Source: Eledone cirrhosa
Lineage: Eukaryota
Assembly (NCBI GenBank): GCA_964016885.1
Contig: OZ024741.1
Span: forward strand, 206,026,001-206,090,000
DNA: 64,000 nucleotides
Direction: 5' to 3'
Positions 62,593-64,000 of the stretch are shown piece by piece (the first letter of the stretch is position 1; each line of letters starts with the position of its first letter). The position numbers were made by a program, and so were the translations under genes. The notes beneath the pieces were generated by a model. It searched no databases and was not told the origin of the DNA. It saw only the letters and a program-made list of their open reading frames with translations.

Positions 62593-64000
62593 AACATCAC
62601 CATACACCCCTCATCCTTGCAACATTGTGTTCGATCGATCTCCTATGATAGGTTTTACCTTACAATCCACAGTAACACGGGATCTTGTAAATACAATGTC
62701 GATCATATCACACCACACATCGTCATATGTCTACCATACACACCTGCAACCTTATCCCCCATGTCCCCTCTGTCCACCCTAGCCTACAACCCCACGCTAA
62801 ATTCGACCCTGTAAATGTACTGTCGCACACACCACCACCGCCAACACTAGATACATCCACATACTTCAACAATCATTAACATCATTAACATCATCAACAC
62901 ATATCATACCTCACTCCCAGATCGACTGTATTATACCCCCCCCCCGTCTGCCTTACCCTGTAACACACCGTAACTTCTGATCATGTAATCATCTTGTCGA
63001 ACATATCACCCCAGCCCCACCACCACCACCATGACCACAACACACATCGCCATACGTCCATAAATTCTTCTCCCCACGATCCCTATGTAACCTTTTAACC
63101 TGTAACCCATCGCAATATTCGATCCTGTATATTTTTGTCCCTCACAACTCCACCACCACCACCACAAGACACAACTCCATACTTCATCAACACCGCCAAC
63201 ACATACCTCCACTCCCGAACCAACGCAAGTGTGTGTGTCTGTGTGTAAGTATTTTTTACATATATGGGCGTATAAATATGCGTGCGTATACGCATATATA
63301 TATATATATGTGTGTGCACATATATGTGTGTGTATATATATGTCTACATATATGTATATAGGTGAATCTGTGTGTATGTGTATGTGTGCGCGTATATGTG
63401 CATGTATGTGTATGTGTGTGTGTGTGTGTGTATCTGTGTATGTGTGTGTATACGTGTGTGTATGTGTATGTTTTGTATACGTGTGTGTGCGTTTATGTGC
63501 CCATATCCGTATGTGTGTATGAGTGTATGTATGTGTATGTATATATGTATAACACCTTCTCCATTGCCTCTCACCTTCCCCCCATCTTTCTCCATCGCCA
63601 CCCCCACCGATACTCCCCCCACTCTCCATATTTGTGTCTGCATGCGCGCATGCACATACATGTGTGTATATATACATATGGCTGTATATGCACGTGTGTC
63701 GATATGTGTGGGCGAGGGTGTGCGTATGTGTTTTGTGTGTGTTTATACATCAATATATGTGCGCATATATACATATGTGTGTGTGTATACATATATACAA
63801 CGTATTTGTCAGACGAAGAGCGTCTAGCTATGTATCTCCGTAAGGACTTGACACCACCAACACATCCACCACACCACCACAAACGCCACTACCATAAACA
63901 ATAACACCACAACCACACCCCCACACACCAACCGGTCTACCGACAATCCACTAACCTCATACCACAGCCCATCCCAGTAAGCGACCATAACCACCATGAT

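Overview
This is eukaryotic, repeat-saturated DNA. The SINE family and the microsatellite load suggest an octopus or other coleoid cephalopod, which is an inference. The only host coding sequence I can support is a minus-strand exon of a class A peptide GPCR (CCK/sulfakinin-receptor-like, TM7 NPITY) at about 61.0-61.2 kb. The first 25 kb holds three R4/Dong-type RLE LINEs and two Tx1/L1-clade LINEs in (TAA)n-type arrays, many tRNA-derived SINEs and a deleted Hsmar2-like mariner. From 29 to 62 kb the window is dominated by Penelope-like elements (PLE: RT plus C-terminal GIY-YIG), including a near-intact partial-tandem copy, plus Helitron and RTE fragments. The most striking unannotated signal is about 18 type I hammerhead ribozyme motifs from at least 8 sequence families. 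Most sit in fold-back (inverted-repeat) cassettes nested in (TA)n arrays, and many of these cassettes have no coding remnant (retrozyme-like). All ribozyme folds were made by eye and no database search was run.
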